Below are positions 28,015-41,058 of a stretch of DNA of 64,000 nucleotides, piece after piece. The DNA comes from Mycobacteriales bacterium (GTDB lineage: Bacteria; Actinomycetota; Actinomycetes; Mycobacteriales; QHCA01): assembly GCA_038276285.1 (NCBI GenBank), contig JBBPZR010000002.1, positions 23,454-87,453 of the forward strand, in the 5' to 3' direction. Positions within the stretch are counted from its first letter, which is position 1. Each line of letters opens with the position of its first letter. The notes beneath the pieces are model-generated. The model did no database searches. It was not told the DNA's origin and saw nothing but the letters and a program-made list of their open reading frames with translations. A program made the position numbers and the translations under genes.

Positions 28015-28748
28015 GACCCGGGAGCGGGCGACTGCGCGGGTGCGGCCGTCGAGTCTCGTACCAGCTTGTCTGTTTCAGGTACGACGGACACCGACGACGC
28101 GTTGAATCGGCCGTACCGCGGATTCACACTCACCTTGAGCTTGCCTACGTAGCTGGCCAGATACTTGCTGGCCGCGGCTGAGGCGGCCCGCTGCTTCACC
28201 TGCTCGAGCGCCGTGGGCTTGTACTGCTCGAATGTCAGGCTCGCCTGGTCGGCCGAACGCTGGTCGAAGGCCTGCTTCAGGTCGGCGTCGCTGAACGTCA
28301 GATTCTCGCTGAGCGTGGCGCCGATGGCCCGGAACATGACGAGATCGCGCACGGCGCCCTCGATCTGGTCCGGCGCGATGGCGAGGTTCTGCGCGTAGTT
28401 CTGCTCCAGCTGCGCCTTGCCCTGGTACTGGGCAACGAGCTCACTCATCGCCTTTTGCAGGGCGCCCTCGGTCGTGCGCACGCCGAGCTTGCGGCCGGCA
28501 CCGGTCAGCAACTCGTGCTGGATGAGGCGGCTCAGCACAGCCTGGCGGTACAGCGCGGGTTGGCCACCGGCCACCTTCCGCACGGCCGGGGCGCGCAGGC
28601 CGTCCGCGGTCGCGTCCTGCAGCTGGGTTTCGGTTATCCGCGCGCTGCCCACGAGGGCGGCGACACCCACCCGGGTCTGGCACCCGGTCACCAGGAGCGG
28701 TGCGACGAGGGCGAGCGCGGCGAGGCGACGCCAGGGAGTGCGACTCAC
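28011..28748 (-). CDS. SurA N-terminal-domain lipoprotein
   Basis: Lipobox LLVTGC at residues 18-23. Helical chaperone-like body. A 4-nt overlap joins it to mazG. It sits in the conserved position between mfd and mazG. Confidence 0.7.
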   Translation of the reverse strand: MSRTPWRRLAALALVAPLLVTGCQTRVGVAALVGSARITETQLQDATADGLRAPAVRKVAGGQPALYRQAVLSRLIQHELLTGAGRKLGVRTTEGALQKAMSELVAQYQGKAQLEQNYAQNLAIAPDQIEGAVRDLVMFRAIGATLSENLTFSDADLKQAFDQRSADQASLTFEQYKPTALEQVKQRAASAAASKYLASYVGKLKVSVNPRYGRFNASSVSVVPETDKLVRDSTAAPAQSPAPGS

Positions 28749-28761
28749 GGCGCCTACCTTC

Positions 28762-31700
28762 TCACGAGGCGACCGCGGGCTGGCCCAGCACCCCGTCGAG
28801 CAGGTTGCGGCACCAGTCGAGCAGCTCCGTGTCCCGCACGCCAGGGCGGGGGGCGGAGATCGTGCGTACCGCGGTCTTGTACGTCGAGCGCGGATACAGC
28901 CGCTGCAGCCGCATCACCTTGGAGTCCGGGAGTTGTACGGGGGTGAACCGCACCGTGTTGCCCTGCAGGGACACCTCGGTGATGCCGTGCCGACGGGCGT
29001 ACAGGCGGAAGGCGGCCACCGCGGCGAGGTTCCGCACCGGCTCGGGCGGCGGCCCGTAGCGGTCGGCGATCTCCTCACGTACGGCGGCCAGGTCGTCGTC
29101 TGAGTTGACCGCCGCCAGCTTGCGGTAGAGCTCGAGGCGCAGCCGCTCGCCCGGCACGTAGTCGTGCGGCAGGTTGGCATCGACCGGCAGGTCCACCTTG
29201 ACATCGAGCACCTGATCGGGCCCGGCGTCGCCCTTGAACTCGGCGACCGCTTCGCCCACCAGCCGGACGTAGAGGTCGAAGCCCACCCCCGCGATGTGCC
29301 CGGACTGCTCGCCGCCGAGCAGGTTGCCGGCTCCGCGGATCTCGAGGTCTTTCATCGCCACGGCCATCCCCGCACCCAGGTCGGTGTTCTGCGCGATGGT
29401 CACGAGGCGGTCGTGAGCCGTCTCGGTGAGCGGCTTCTCCGGCGGATACAGGAAGTAGGCGTAGGCCCGCTCGCGGCCGCGCCCGACCCGGCCGCGGATC
29501 TGGTGCAGCTGCGACAGGCCGAAGGCATCGGCCCGGTCGACGACCAGCGTGTTGGCGTTGGGGATGTCCAGACCGGACTCCACGATCGTCGTACACATAA
29601 GCACGTCGTACTCGCGCTCCCAGAAGGCGAGCATGACCCGCTCGAGCTCGGTCTCGTTCATCTGGCCGTGCCCGACCGCGACCCGAGCCTCGGGGATCAG
29701 CTCGCGCACCCGCCGGGCCGCCCGCTCGATCGATTCCACTCTGTTGTGTACGTAGAACACCTGCCCCTCGCGGAGCAACTCCCTGCGCACGGCCGCCGTG
29801 ATCTGTCGTTCGTCGTGTGCGCCGACGTAGGTGAGGACCGGGTGGCGCTCCTCGGGCGGCGTGAGGATGGTCGACATCTCGCGGATGCCGGTCAGCGACA
29901 TCTCCAGGGTCCGCGGGATCGGCGTCGCCGACATCGACAGCACGTCGACCGCGGTACGCAGACCCTTGAGGTACTCCTTGTGCTCCACGCCGAAACGCTG
30001 CTCCTCGTCGACGACGACGAGTCCGAGGTCGTGGAAGCGGGTGCTCGGCTGGAGCAGCCGGTGGGTGCCGATCACGATGTCGACCGAGCCGTTGGCCACG
30101 CCGGTGAGCACCTCGGCCTGCTCGCGCGCGGTATTGAACCGGCTGACGACCTTGACGTTGACCGGGAACTGCGCCATCCGCTCGCAGAACGTGCCGAGGT
30201 GCTGCTGCGCCAGCAGTGTGGTCGGCACGAGCACGGCGACCTGCTTGCCGTCCTGCACCGCCTTGAAGGCCGCCCGCACCGCGATCTCGGTCTTGCCGTA
30301 ACCCACGTCGCCGCACACCACCCGGTCCATCGGCACCGGCTTCTCCATGTCGGCCTTGACCTCGTCGATGGCGAACTGCTGGTCGGGCGTTTCGACGTAC
30401 GGGAAGGCATCCTCGAGCTCGCGCTGCCACGGGGTGTCGGGCCCGAATGCGAAGCCGGGGCTGGCCATCCGCGCGGAGTAGAGCCGGATGAGCTGCGCCG
30501 CGATCTCCTTGACCGCTTTGCGGGCGCGGCCCTTGCGCTTGGCCCAGTCACCGCCGCCGAGCCGGTCGAGGGTGGGCGCCTCGCCGCCGACGTAGCGGGT
30601 GACCTGCTCGAGGGAGTCCGTGGGTACGAAAAGCCTGTCGGGCTGACGGTGCTTTCCTCGCCCGGACGGTGCGTACTCGATGATCAGGTACTCGCGCTCG
30701 CCGCCGTTGACGGTGCGCCGCACCATCTCCACATAACGGCCCACGCCGTGCGCCTCGTGGACCACCAGGTCGCCGGGCTGCAGCTGGAGCGGGTCGACAG
30801 CATTGCGCCGCCGCGAGGGCAGCCGCCTCATGTCCTTTGTGGACTGACCTCTCTGGCCGGTCATGTCGGTCTCGCTGATCACCGCTAGGCGGAGTGAATC
30901 GCAGACGAAGCCGTGTTCGAGCCGGCCGGTGGTCACGTGCACGATCCCTGGCTCGGGCAGCGTCGCGATCGCCAGTTCCAGCCGGGCCGCCACCTCGGCC
31001 TCGCCGAGCACCTCGACCGCCCGTTGCGCCGGGCCATGCCCTTCGAAGACCAGCGCCACCCGCCAGCCGTCACGCGCCCACTCGCGCAGCTCGCCGACGG
31101 CCCGGCCGGTCTCACCGTGGTAGGCCGGGGCCGGCCGCGCCGCCACCTCGATCGTGCCGGGCGCCAACTCGGCATCGGCGGTGAACGGCGTCACGGTCCA
31201 CCACGGCAGGCCCAGCTCGCCGGCCGCATCCCGTACGTCGGCCAGATCCCGATAGGCCGCGGCGCCGAGGTCGACCGGCGCCTGCCCGCCGACCGCCGCC
31301 GTCGACCACGACGCCGCCAGGAACTCCTGGCTGGTCCGGACCAGCTCCGCGGCGCGGGTGCGTACCCGCTCGGGGCTGCACACGACGACGTGCGTGCCGG
31401 CCGGCATCTCGTGCAGCAGCAGCCGCAGGTCATCGGCCAGGACGGGGGTGAGCGCCTCCATCCCCTCCACCGCCGTGCCGTCCGCGATCCGGTCGAGCAT
31501 CTCGGCCAATTCCGGATGCTCCTGCGCGAGCGCCTTCGCCCGCTCGCGCACCTCGGGCGTGAGCAGCAGCTCGCGGCACGGCGGCGCCCACAGCCCGTGC
31601 TCGGCTACCTCGAGCGAACGCTGGTCGGCCACCCTGAAGTAGCGGATCTCCTCGACCGTGTCACCCCAGAACTCCAGCCGGAGTGGGTGCTCCTCGGTCG

Positions 31701-32289
31701 GCGGGAAGACGTCTACGATCCCCCCGCGCACCGCGAACTCGCCGCGCTTGTCCACCAGCTCGACGCGCGTATAGGCGACGTCGACCAGCCGGACGGCCAG
31801 CTCGTCGAGGTCCTGGGTGTCCCCGGCGTGGAGCGTGACCGGTACGAGCTCGCCGAGGCCCGCGACCTGTGGCTGCAGCACCGAGCGGACCGGCGCGACC
31901 ACCACCGACAGCCGTCCGCTGGCCGGATCGTCGGTGCTCGGGTGCGCCAACCGCCGCAGCACCGCCAACCGGCGGCCGACCGTGTCGGCGCGGGGCGAGA
32001 GCCGCTCGTGCGGCAGCGTCTCCCAGGAGGGGTAGGTCGCGACCTCCTCCGCTGGCAGCAGGCACTGCAGGGCCGCCGCCAGGTCCTCGGCCTCGCGGGT
32101 GGTCGCGGTGACCGCGAGCACCGGCCGGCCGGCGCCGCCCCGCTCGGTCGGCGCGGCCAGCGCCGCGACCGCGAAGGGCTGCAGGGCCGGAGGGGCGGAG
32201 ATGTCCAGGGCCGGTGTCCCCGCCGCCGCGACGGCGCCGGCCAACGCGGCGTCGGCGAGTACGGCATCGAGCAGGCCGGACATCGTCAT
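28762..32289 (-). CDS. mfd: transcription-repair coupling factor
   Basis: Trimmed to ATG 32289 (MTMSGLLD...). It has a UvrB-homology N-terminus, the CarD-like HEAHGVGRY, helicase motifs [26 protein letters not shown] and [11 protein letters not shown], and a TRG motif region. Confidence 0.97.
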   Translation of the reverse strand: MTMSGLLDAVLADAALAGAVAAAGTPALDISAPPALQPFAVAALAAPTERGGAGRPVLAVTATTREAEDLAAALQCLLPAEEVATYPSWETLPHERLSPRADTVGRRLAVLRRLAHPSTDDPASGRLSVVVAPVRSVLQPQVAGLGELVPVTLHAGDTQDLDELAVRLVDVAYTRVELVDKRGEFAVRGGIVDVFPPTEEHPLRLEFWGDTVEEIRYFRVADQRSLEVAEHGLWAPPCRELLLTPEVRERAKALAQEHPELAEMLDRIADGTAVEGMEALTPVLADDLRLLLHEMPAGTHVVVCSPERVRTRAAELVRTSQEFLAASWSTAAVGGQAPVDLGAAAYRDLADVRDAAGELGLPWWTVTPFTADAELAPGTIEVAARPAPAYHGETGRAVGELREWARDGWRVALVFEGHGPAQRAVEVLGEAEVAARLELAIATLPEPGIVHVTTGRLEHGFVCDSLRLAVISETDMTGQRGQSTKDMRRLPSRRRNAVDPLQLQPGDLVVHEAHGVGRYVEMVRRTVNGGEREYLIIEYAPSGRGKHRQPDRLFVPTDSLEQVTRYVGGEAPTLDRLGGGDWAKRKGRARKAVKEIAAQLIRLYSARMASPGFAFGPDTPWQRELEDAFPYVETPDQQFAIDEVKADMEKPVPMDRVVCGDVGYGKTEIAVRAAFKAVQDGKQVAVLVPTTLLAQQHLGTFCERMAQFPVNVKVVSRFNTAREQAEVLTGVANGSVDIVIGTHRLLQPSTRFHDLGLVVVDEEQRFGVEHKEYLKGLRTAVDVLSMSATPIPRTLEMSLTGIREMSTILTPPEERHPVLTYVGAHDERQITAAVRRELLREGQVFYVHNRVESIERAARRVRELIPEARVAVGHGQMNETELERVMLAFWEREYDVLMCTTIVESGLDIPNANTLVVDRADAFGLSQLHQIRGRVGRGRERAYAYFLYPPEKPLTETAHDRLVTIAQNTDLGAGMAVAMKDLEIRGAGNLLGGEQSGHIAGVGFDLYVRLVGEAVAEFKGDAGPDQVLDVKVDLPVDANLPHDYVPGERLRLELYRKLAAVNSDDDLAAVREEIADRYGPPPEPVRNLAAVAAFRLYARRHGITEVSLQGNTVRFTPVQLPDSKVMRLQRLYPRSTYKTAVRTISAPRPGVRDTELLDWCRNLLDGVLGQPAVAS

Positions 32290-32572
32290 TTCAGGGGCCT
32301 CCGGGGGCAGCACGAACGACCCCAAACGGCCGCGTGCCGGGGGTTTCGGCCTAGCGTACGGCCCCAGCCGCCATCCTCCGGGGCGAGGTGGCGGCCGTCG
32401 TGGCATACTTGTCGGTCAGCCTGCGGCAATTCCCTGTCCCGGAGTGGCAGAAGCCACGGACGTGGTACGGGCGGATACGGCCCAAGGGCAAGGAGGGTAC
32501 GACGCCACGTTTGCCAGTTAGGCGCCCAATACCGCATATGCCGGCGTGGTAATCTGACAGGCGTCCTTAGCG

Positions 32573-33448
32573 TTGGCCGATGGAGGACGCTTGGTGCCGA
32601 TTCTCCCCGACCGCCTCATCGCTGAGGTACGCCGACATGTCGCACGCCAACTTGGTCCCCGTAGCCTCGTCGCCGCCAACCTGGTGACCAGCCCGGCCGG
32701 ATGGCACATCGGCCCGCCCGACTTCGTCGGCATCGGCGTCCAGAAGGCGGGCACGTCATGGTGGCACAAGCTCATCATCGACCATCCCGGCGTCGTCGGG
32801 ATGGTCGACCGTCGCAAGGAACTGCACTACTTCGACGATTTCAACCGCGGCGCTTTCACCCCTGCCGACGCCGAACGCTACCACCTCTTCTTTCCACGCC
32901 CGCCCGGCCGCATATCCGGTGAGTGGACCCCGCGCTACCTCTCCGACTTCTGGTCGCATCAGCAGCTGCGCATGGCCGCGCCCGACACCAAGCTCCTGCT
33001 GCTGCTGCGTGACCCAGTGGAACGGTATCGGTCCGGGTTGACGCATGAGCTCAACCTAGGTGCCCGCCCCCGCCCGATCCTGGCGGTTGAGGCGATGTAC
33101 CGCGGGCTCTACCACTTGCAGCTGAGGTCGTTGCTTCACCACTTCCCCCGTCGGCAGCTGCTGGTGCTGCAATACGAGAAGTGTCGGCGTGATCCCCTTT
33201 CCCAGCTCGCCCGCACCTACGAGTTTCTTGAGCTCGACGACGTGCACTTCCGGCCGCCGAGCCTCGACATGCAGGTCAACGCGACGCCCGCCCAGAAGGT
33301 CCAACTCCCTAGCCAGTTACGCGACGAGCTCTCGGTGCTGTACGAGCCCGACGTATCCGCGTTGCTCGATGATTTTCCTGACATCGACCTCACGCTGTGG
33401 CCGAACTTCCGCTACATGGCAAGACGAGGCATCGCCGCCTCCGGCTAG
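32573..33448 (+). CDS. PAPS-dependent sulfotransferase (Sulfotransfer_1-like)
   Basis: 5'-PSB loop GIGVQKAGTSWW and 3'-PB LLLLRDPVERYRSG. The start is uncertain (TTG 32573; GTG 32594 has the better GGAGGA spacing). Confidence 0.8.
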   Translation: MADGGRLVPILPDRLIAEVRRHVARQLGPRSLVAANLVTSPAGWHIGPPDFVGIGVQKAGTSWWHKLIIDHPGVVGMVDRRKELHYFDDFNRGAFTPADAERYHLFFPRPPGRISGEWTPRYLSDFWSHQQLRMAAPDTKLLLLLRDPVERYRSGLTHELNLGARPRPILAVEAMYRGLYHLQLRSLLHHFPRRQLLVLQYEKCRRDPLSQLARTYEFLELDDVHFRPPSLDMQVNATPAQKVQLPSQLRDELSVLYEPDVSALLDDFPDIDLTLWPNFRYMARRGIAASG

Positions 33449-33463
33449 CCAGCCGCGCCAGTG

Positions 33464-33736
33464 GCCAACCCTGACCTCTGAATCCCCCGCCGTCGTGCTC
33501 AGCACCCGCGGCCGGTGCCCGATGTGCTGTGCCAGCCGGGTCTCGGACCGCTCATGCGGCCCGGCGCCGATCACCGACGTGAGTTCGACCTCGATCAACG
33601 CCTGATAGATCGTCGCCGCCGCCGCCCGGATCCGATCATCAACATCGGCGGCGTTCAACGCCTCCAGCAGTTCGAGCAGAGCACGCTGGTTCAAGGCATG
33701 TGCACACCTTTGCTGTTCCATGGCGGGTTCACGCAA
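33464..33736 (-). pseudogene. IS256/mutator-family transposase N-terminal fragment
   Basis: IYQALIEVELTSVIGAGPHERSETRLAQHIGHRPRVLSTTAGDSEVRV matches the conserved (A/G)xPxERSxxRxxxRNGxRxRxLxTxxGxLxLxIPK region. The frame then degenerates and no catalytic DDE part follows. Confidence 0.7.
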
Positions 33737-33811
33737 GGACTCAAGCGATGGCCCCCCCTATCGAGCCGGCGCGCCGAGCCCGCTAGTTACACCACTCGAC
33801 GGGACGCAACT

Positions 33812-34150
33812 CGGGAAACCGTCGACGATCCCCCCGCACAGCGAACTCGCCGCGCCTTGCCACACCCACGCGCGTACAGACGATATCGACAAGCCGGACG
33901 ACCAGCTCATCGAAGTGCTGGGTGTCCCCGTGGGACGGTGACCGGCGCGAACGACCCACACGGCCGGGGGCCGGGGCACGCCCCCAGGGTACGGCTCAGG
34001 GAGACACCCCGAGTCGCTCGGTGGGCCTGCACCGGGAAGCGGGTCGATGGCAGCACGCGCAATCGCAAGAACTCCACAGGTAGCCCTGCCCGGCTCCCCA
34101 CCCGAGGTAGCGCAGGATGGCGCGCTGCTCACGTTCTCCCAGGCATCAGG
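33812..34150 (-). pseudogene. ghost copy of the mfd 5' region (residues about 86-192), degenerate
   Basis: 33812-33976 aligns by eye at about 75-80% with mfd 31705-31915. Compare GTCGACGATCCCCCCGCACAGCGAACTCGCCGCGCC... with GTCTACGATCCCCCCGCGCACCGCGAACTCGCCGCGCT.... The copy has a ~45-nt deletion between two GACCGG repeats. It translates to ...[31 protein letters not shown] against mfd ...[37 protein letters not shown]. Confidence 0.6.
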
Positions 34151-34312
34151 TTTGGAGCTGCCATGCGGCTTCCCCTATTGCCCGTGTCACAGCACAGCGT
34201 AGCCGCAGGTACACGCCGTCGCACTCATCATCGGTGCGCCGTCAGAGGGCTCCGGAACCCGCCCGGAGACGGCGGGGTGAGACCGACATATGCGGGACGG
34301 CAGGATGGAGCG

Positions 34313-35844
34313 GTGTTGTTCGCCGATCTGGTCGCCGCCTCCGAGGCCGTGCGCTCCACGGCGTCCCGGCGCGCCAAGTCGGCGGCGCTGGCGGCGGCGC
34401 TGCGCGCGCTCGGCCCCGACGAGGTGGCGGCCGCGGTGGCCTACCTGTCCGGCGAGGCACGGCAGCGGCCCCTCGGCGTGGGCTGGGCCGCCCTGCGCGT
34501 CATGCCGCCGCCCGCCGGCGAGCCCGAGCTCACAATCCGGGCCGTCGATAGCGCGCTGGAGGAAATCGCAGTCACCGCCGGCGCTGGGTCGCAGGCACGG
34601 CGCAAGGCGCTGCTCGCCGACCTGGCCGGCCGGGCCACCGCCGACGAGCAGCGCTTCCTGCGTGGTCTGCTGACAGGTGAGCTTCGCCAGGGTGCGCTCG
34701 AGTCGATCGTGGCCGACAGCGTGGCCGCGGCGAGCGACCTCGCGGTCAGCGATGTCCGCCGGGCGATGATGCTCTCCGGCGATCTGGGTCTGGTGGCCGG
34801 CCTCGCCCTGCACCAGGGCGCCGCTGGCCTGGCCGGAATTCGGCTCCGGGTGGGCACCCCGGTGCAGCCGATGCTGGCCTCGCCGATAACCGACCTCTCC
34901 GCCGCGATGGCCCAGACGGGCGAGGCGGCCGTCGAGTCCAAGATCGATGGGGTACGGGTGCAGGTGCACCGCGACGGCACGGACGTCCGGGTGTTCACGC
35001 GCAGCCTCGACGACATCACCGACCGGGTGCCCGAGATCGTCGAGGCGGCGCTCGCGCTGCCGGTGCGCTCGGTGGTCCTCGACGGCGAGGCCATCGCATT
35101 GCGCCCCGACGGCCGGCCCGAGCCGTTCCAGCGCACCGCCAGCCGGATCGGCAGTCGCGGCGGCGGCCAGGGTGGCATCGATAAGATGCGCGCCGCCGTG
35201 CCGCTGACCACGTACCTCTTCGACGTCCTGCACCTCGACGGCACCGACCTGCTCGACGAGCCGGGCACTGAACGGTTCGCCGCGCTGGCCGCGACCGTGC
35301 CGCCGGGGGGACGGGTGCCGCGCATCGTCACCGCGGACACCGCCGAGGCGACCGCGTTCCTCGAGCGGACGCTGGCCGGTGGCCACGAGGGCGTCGTGGT
35401 GAAGTCGCTCGCCGTGCCCTATCAGGCCGGCCGGCGTGGCAGCGGCTGGCTCAAGGTCAAGCCCCGGCACACCCTCGACCTGGTGGTGCTGGCCGCCGAG
35501 TGGGGACACGGGCGGCGGCGCGGCTGGCTGTCCAACCTGCACCTGGGGGCGCGCGACCCCGAGGGCGGCGGCTTCGTCATGCTCGGCAAGACCTTCAAGG
35601 GGCTGACCGACGAGACGCTGGCCTGGCAGACGGCCCGGCTGCTCGAGCTGGAGGTTTCCCGCAACGATAGGCAGGTGTTCGTCTCACCAGACCTGGTGGT
35701 CGAGATCGCCTTCGACGGGGTGCAGACCAGCCCTCGCTACCCCGGAGGGGTGGCGTTGCGCTTCGCCCGGGTGCTCCGGTACCGCTCTGACAAGCGCGCC
35801 GCCGACGCCGACACGATCGACACCGTACGGGAGATCCACGCCCC

Positions 35845-35848
<4 letters not shown>
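34313..35848 (+). CDS. lig: ATP-dependent DNA ligase
   Basis: Trimmed to GTG 34313 (RBS GGATGGAG upstream). It has the adenylation motif [13 protein letters not shown], then LDGEAI, EGVVVKS and WLKVKP. Confidence 0.85.
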
Positions 35849-38553
<2,705 letters not shown>

Positions 38554-38579
38554 CGGGCCAAGCCGATCGGGGAGGGAAC

Positions 38580-39944
38580 GTGGACCAGCCCAGCTGGACG
38601 CCGAGCCCTGACGAGCGGGCCGACCTGGAACTGCTGCTCGCCGGCGGGTATCCGCCGCTGACCGGCTTCATGGGGTCCGCCGATGTGGCGTCCGTGCGGG
38701 CTGGTGGGCGGCTGGCCGACGGCACGCCCTGGCCGGTGCCGGTAATCCTGGAGGTCCCGCCCGACGTAGCGGCCTCGGTGGTTCGCGGGCGCGTCACCTT
38801 GACCGATCCCGAGGGTGCCCCGGTGGCCACGATGGACGTCACCGAGATCTGGGACGCCGCCGACGGCCGGCAGTTCGTCGCCGGCCCGGTGCGGCCACTG
38901 GCCCCGCCGGCCTACGGCGCCTTTCGCCGGCTGCACCTGACCGCGGCCGAGGTACGCGAGCACCTCGGCGGCGCGCCGGCGCTCGCCGTCATCACCGGAG
39001 GGCCACTGCACTGCCGCGAGATCGCCGCCGTCCGCGCGGGCGCCGAAGCCCTGCCCGCCGATGCACGGATCCTGCTGCTGGTGCCCACGGCGGCGCCCGG
39101 CAGCGAGGCGTTGATCCGGTTGGTGCTGGCCGCCGCCGGCGACCTGCCACGGTCGATGGTGGTTGCCGTGCCACTGCCGCGGCCCGACGGGTCGGTCGCC
39201 GAGAGGCAGCGGGTCGCCCATGTTGCGGCGGCCTACGGCGCCACGCAGGTCTTCGCGGCCGCGGACCCCCCGGCCCTTCCCGACGGCGAGCTCGGGGCGC
39301 TGCTGGACGCCGGCGCCCCCTTGCCCGCCGGGTTCACACCACCCGCGGTGGAGCGCGAGCTGCGCCGGGCCCGGCGCACGCTGACCCAGCGCGGCCTCGT
39401 CGTGCTGTTCACCGGGTTGTCCGGGTCGGGCAAGTCGACGCTCGCCCGCGGGCTGCACGACGCCGTGGCCGAACGCGGCGATCGTACGGTGACCCTGCTC
39501 GACGGCGATGTCGTACGCCGGATGCTCTCGGCCGGCCTGAGCTTCAGCCGCGCCGACCGCGACCTCAACGTCGCCCGCATCGGGTTCGTGGCCGCCGAGG
39601 TGGGCCGGCACGGCGGAATCGCCATCTGCGCGCCGATCGCACCGTACGCGCGGACCCGGGCCGAGGTCCGCGCCATGGCTGAGGCAGTGGGGAGCTTCGT
39701 GCTGGTCTGGGTGGCGACGCCGTTGGCGCGCTGCGAGGAGCGCGATCGCAAGGGCTTGTACGCCCGGGCCCGGGCCGGTCAGTTGACCGGTTTCACCGGC
39801 ATCGACGACCCGTATGAGGAACCATCGGATGCTGACCTGGTGATCGATACGTCGACCAGGGGTGTGGATGATTGCGTACGCGAGGTGGTCGAACTGTTGC
39901 AACGTGGTGGCTGGCTGGCAGCCGAACCGGGACCGACGCCGTGA
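38580..39944 (+). CDS. cysC: adenylyl-sulfate (APS) kinase fused to an N-terminal ATP-sulfurylase-like domain that looks catalytically degenerate
   Basis: The C-terminal domain has the P-loop FTGLSGSGKST, LDGDVVR, NVARIGFVAAEV and APIAPY. The N-terminal ~270 aa resembles the PUA-like plus sulfurylase fold (LELLLAGGYPPLTGFM). In place of QxRNPxHRxH it has VITGGPLHCREI, and I see no GRDHAG motif. Confidence 0.85.
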   Translation: MDQPSWTPSPDERADLELLLAGGYPPLTGFMGSADVASVRAGGRLADGTPWPVPVILEVPPDVAASVVRGRVTLTDPEGAPVATMDVTEIWDAADGRQFVAGPVRPLAPPAYGAFRRLHLTAAEVREHLGGAPALAVITGGPLHCREIAAVRAGAEALPADARILLLVPTAAPGSEALIRLVLAAAGDLPRSMVVAVPLPRPDGSVAERQRVAHVAAAYGATQVFAAADPPALPDGELGALLDAGAPLPAGFTPPAVERELRRARRTLTQRGLVVLFTGLSGSGKSTLARGLHDAVAERGDRTVTLLDGDVVRRMLSAGLSFSRADRDLNVARIGFVAAEVGRHGGIAICAPIAPYARTRAEVRAMAEAVGSFVLVWVATPLARCEERDRKGLYARARAGQLTGFTGIDDPYEEPSDADLVIDTSTRGVDDCVREVVELLQRGGWLAAEPGPTP

Positions 39945-40888
39945 GTCTCGGGCTGACTGCCGTCAGCTTCTTCATCGGGATCATCGTCGGGCTCACCGGC
40001 ATGGGCGGTGGCGCGCTCATGACTCCCGTGCTCGTGCTTTTCTTCGGCATCCAGCCGCTGGCCGCCGTGTCCAGCGACCTGGTCGCCGCGGCGATCATGA
40101 AGCCCTTCGGCAGTGCCGTGCACTTGCGCCGCGGCACGGTGCATCTCGGGCTGGTCAAGTGGCTGTGTCTCGGCTCGATTCCGAGTGCCTTCTGCGGCGT
40201 CCTGGTCACCAGAGCACTGGGTCACGGCGACCGCTTGCAGGCGGTCGTGAAGACCTCGCTGGGCGTCGTACTGGTGATCGCCGCCTTCTCGCTGATCATC
40301 AAGGCCTACCTCGGCATGGTGCAGCGGGCGCGCAAACGCACCACCGGAGCCACTCAGCCGCGCGACACGGCGTCGGAGACGCTGCGGATCAGGCCGCTGC
40401 CAACCGTACTCATCGGCGTGGTCGGCGGGCTGGTCGTGGGCATGACCTCCGTCGGCTCCGGATCGCTCATCATCATCGCGCTGATCGTGCTCTATCCCCG
40501 GCTGCAGGCCTCCCAACTGGTCGGCACCGACCTGCTCCAGGCGGTGCCCCTGGTGTGTTCCGCGGCGCTGGGCCACATCCTCTTCGGCGACTTCAAGCTC
40601 GGGCTGACGACATCGCTGGTCATCGGCGCGGTCCCCGGCGTCCTGCTCGGGGCCACCATGTCGGCCCGTGCCTCCGGCGGGCTGGTCCGCCGGGCGCTGG
40701 CCCTCGTACTGCTGGCCTCCGGACTCAAACTGCTCGGCGTGAACAACGTCGCCATGGCGGCCATCCTGATCGGGATCGGGTTGGTGGGCCCACCACTGTG
40801 GATGTGGGCACGTAAGCGGCATGGCTTCTCGGCCCTGGCGCGTGGGCCGATCGGGCGGCGGCGTCCCCGTGAACCAGCGGGGCAATAG
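39941..40888 (+). CDS. TauE/SafE-family anion permease (sulfite exporter or putative sulfate importer type)
   Basis: Trimmed to GTG 39941 (GTGA overlap with cysC). It has FFIGIIVGLTGMGGGALMTP and a repeated second half GLVVGMTSVGSGSLII, with 8 TM segments. Confidence 0.8.
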   Translation: MSLGLTAVSFFIGIIVGLTGMGGGALMTPVLVLFFGIQPLAAVSSDLVAAAIMKPFGSAVHLRRGTVHLGLVKWLCLGSIPSAFCGVLVTRALGHGDRLQAVVKTSLGVVLVIAAFSLIIKAYLGMVQRARKRTTGATQPRDTASETLRIRPLPTVLIGVVGGLVVGMTSVGSGSLIIIALIVLYPRLQASQLVGTDLLQAVPLVCSAALGHILFGDFKLGLTTSLVIGAVPGVLLGATMSARASGGLVRRALALVLLASGLKLLGVNNVAMAAILIGIGLVGPPLWMWARKRHGFSALARGPIGRRRPREPAGQ

Positions 40889-40981
40889 CGCTGCGCCGGG
40901 TGAGCGAGCGCTATGCTCGCATCGGCAAAATGAGTCAAGACCCATCTTGGCGCGCATCTTTGAGTCAGTCGACGCGGGGAC

Positions 40982-41011
40982 TTGCCGCGTATGCTCACGA
41001 ACCGCTATGGT
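40982..41011 (+). promoter_or_regulatory. candidate promoter for riboswitch A and GH gene A
   Basis: TTGCCG, an 18-nt spacer, then TATGGT (TANNNT). The -10 ends 6 nt before the block GACCGCGCGGCCAC, which is conserved in both copies. Confidence 0.3.
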
Positions 41012-41058
41012 CGCGCCGACCGCGCGGCCACACGCTGCCATCCGGGCGCCCGGGCGAT

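Noticed and set aside
29164-32625. Two long plus-strand ORFs (574 and 570 aa) across mfd
   Set aside because: Both are antisense to mfd with no motifs and are shadow ORFs. The 5' extension of the mfd frame itself (to 32406) was likewise trimmed to ATG 32289.
40889-40981. Two TGAGTCA heptamers and GC(G)(C)TATGCTC(G/A)C repeats upstream of promoter A
   Set aside because: These are short motifs with no counterpart upstream of copy B, so they are indistinguishable from chance in a 90-bp AT-richer spacer.
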